24,000 nt of DNA from an uncultured Thermoanaerobaculia bacterium (GTDB lineage Bacteria > Acidobacteriota > Thermoanaerobaculia > Thermoanaerobaculales > Sulfomarinibacteraceae): assembly GCA_964644635.1 (NCBI GenBank), contig CAZXXL010000020.1, positions 163 through 24,162 of the forward strand, given 5' to 3'. Below, piece by piece: positions 23,083 through 24,000 of this stretch (position 1 is its first letter; the number at the start of each line of letters is the position of its first letter). Position numbers and translations under genes: made by a program. The notes beneath the pieces were generated by a model. The model was not told the DNA's origin, ran no database searches, and saw nothing but the letters and a program-made list of their open reading frames with translations.

Positions 23083-24000
23083 CTACGGCTTCTTGGCGTT
23101 CACGTCCGCGCCCGCCGGCTTGCCGGGAGCCTTCTCCCGGGACAGCCGGAGGGTGCGGGGTATCCTGCCCCGGCCCGACCGCGTCCGGCGGACGACGATG
23201 ACCGGAACGCTCACCGTCGGGCGCGACGGATCGTCCGTCCGGATCGTCACCGTCGCCCGCAGCGACCCCCAGTGCGCCGCCGCGGCCCTGGCGTTGTCGA
23301 GGGTGACGCGGAGGTCGTGGGTGACCGCGGCGGCGGCGGAGCCGGCCGTCACGCCGATCAGGTCCGGATGGTCGCTGACGGCGCTCAGGATCCGGAAGGG
23401 CTTTCGCCCGCCGTGCGTGAGGCGGAGGATGCGCCACACCTCCTTGCCGCCCTGGTTGGGCAACACGAAGCGGATCCGGGGGGGCGCCGGCTCGATCAGC
23501 GGCCGGATGCGGAGGGAGACCGGAATGTCGAGCTTCGCCCGGCCCGGTACGTTGGTTCGCAGCGCCAGCGAGCCGGAACGCACCACCGGCTGCGCGTCGC
23601 CGGGAATCTCCGCGATCAGCCACAGGTCGCCGGGAACGGCGTGTACGCCCCGGATGGACGTCGCCTTCGTCACCGCGGCGAAGCGCACCCGCAGGGGCGC
23701 CGGCACCGACTCGACCTCGAGCACCCTGAGCGGCCTGCCGTCCCTCCGGTGGAGCAACAGCCGCGACCAGACGCCGCGGCCCTCCTGTGTCGTCAGCCAG
23801 ATCCGCTGGGAGGGCGTCATCACGATCGGCGCCTCCACCTTCGCGGTCAGGCGCAGCATCACGGTGCGCAGCCCGGGATCGTCCGTGAAGACCCGAATGG
23901 TCTTCGAGATGCGTCCGTTCTGCCGGGGCGACGTGTGGACCTTCGCGACGAGCTTTCCCGACCCACCTGCCGGGATGACCGAGTCGTGCTCGGCCACCGT
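23083..24000 (-). CDS. DUF1573-like, multi-Ig-fold protein (5'-truncated by the window edge)
   Basis: The frame stays open to position 24000. The first visible segment (IPAGGSGKLVAKVHTSP...ISKTIRVFTDDPGLRTVMLRLTAKV) matches the C-terminal half of a DUF1573 unit. Two more beta-rich repeats end in ...TIRTDDPSRPTVSVPVIV. The C-terminal tail is basic. Confidence 0.65.
   Translation of the reverse strand, partial: TVAEHDSVIPAGGSGKLVAKVHTSPRQNGRISKTIRVFTDDPGLRTVMLRLTAKVEAPIVMTPSQRIWLTTQEGRGVWSRLLLHRRDGRPLRVLEVESVPAPLRVRFAAVTKATSIRGVHAVPGDLWLIAEIPGDAQPVVRSGSLALRTNVPGRAKLDIPVSLRIRPLIEPAPPRIRFVLPNQGGKEVWRILRLTHGGRKPFRILSAVSDHPDLIGVTAGSAAAAVTHDLRVTLDNARAAAAHWGSLRATVTIRTDDPSRPTVSVPVIVVRRTRSGRGRIPRTLRLSREKAPGKPAGADVNAKKP

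Noticed and set aside
1-24000. A defence island, prophage or other mobile element somewhere in the window.
   Set aside because: I found no integrase, transposase or recombinase, no flanking direct or inverted repeats and no tRNA target. There is no compositional shift apart from short AT-rich promoter patches, and no restriction-modification, Cas, toxin-antitoxin or abortive-infection signatures. The gene content is core housekeeping.

Overview
Very GC-rich (about 70% or more by eye) bacterial chromosomal segment, densely packed and mostly housekeeping. I found no rRNA, tRNA, CRISPR array, transposase or integrase. All homology calls come from motif recognition by eye, with no search run. Most long ORFs in the six-frame track are Arg/Gly/Pro-rich shadow frames typical of high-GC DNA and are not reported.

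Plus strand:
- FadH-like OYE/FAD oxidoreductase
- small membrane-anchored protein
- lnt
- prfB with its classical +1 programmed frameshift
- secreted M61-PDZ peptidase
- MgtC/DUF4010 membrane protein
- secreted ExeM/NucH-type nuclease

Minus strand:
- pseudo-receiver-PilZ protein
- a tightly overlapping ribosome-maturation operon (phoH, 7TM-HD, ybeY, corC/hlyC-like, era, glutaredoxin-like)
- PduO-type corrinoid adenosyltransferase
- the most interesting region, 18.0-24.0 kb

The 18.0-24.0 kb region is a co-directional cluster. In order it holds a DUF1573-like protein, an M29 aminopeptidase, and a ClpX-family AAA+ ATPase that lacks the zinc-finger domain and the GYVG, RKH and IGF loops. These are followed by an FHA-GAF-sigma54 enhancer-binding protein whose GAFTGA loop reads GAATGV. 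A perfect sigma54 promoter (TGGCAC-N5-TTGC) then drives a 199-aa orphan protein that ends in a clear intrinsic terminator.

Other observations:
- an ORF-track-missed 44-aa lysine/arginine-rich ORF with its own promoter and a strong SD
- a recurrent TAyACT-N6-ATG architecture suggesting leaderless mRNAs
- recurrent extended -10 (TGnTA..AT) promoters
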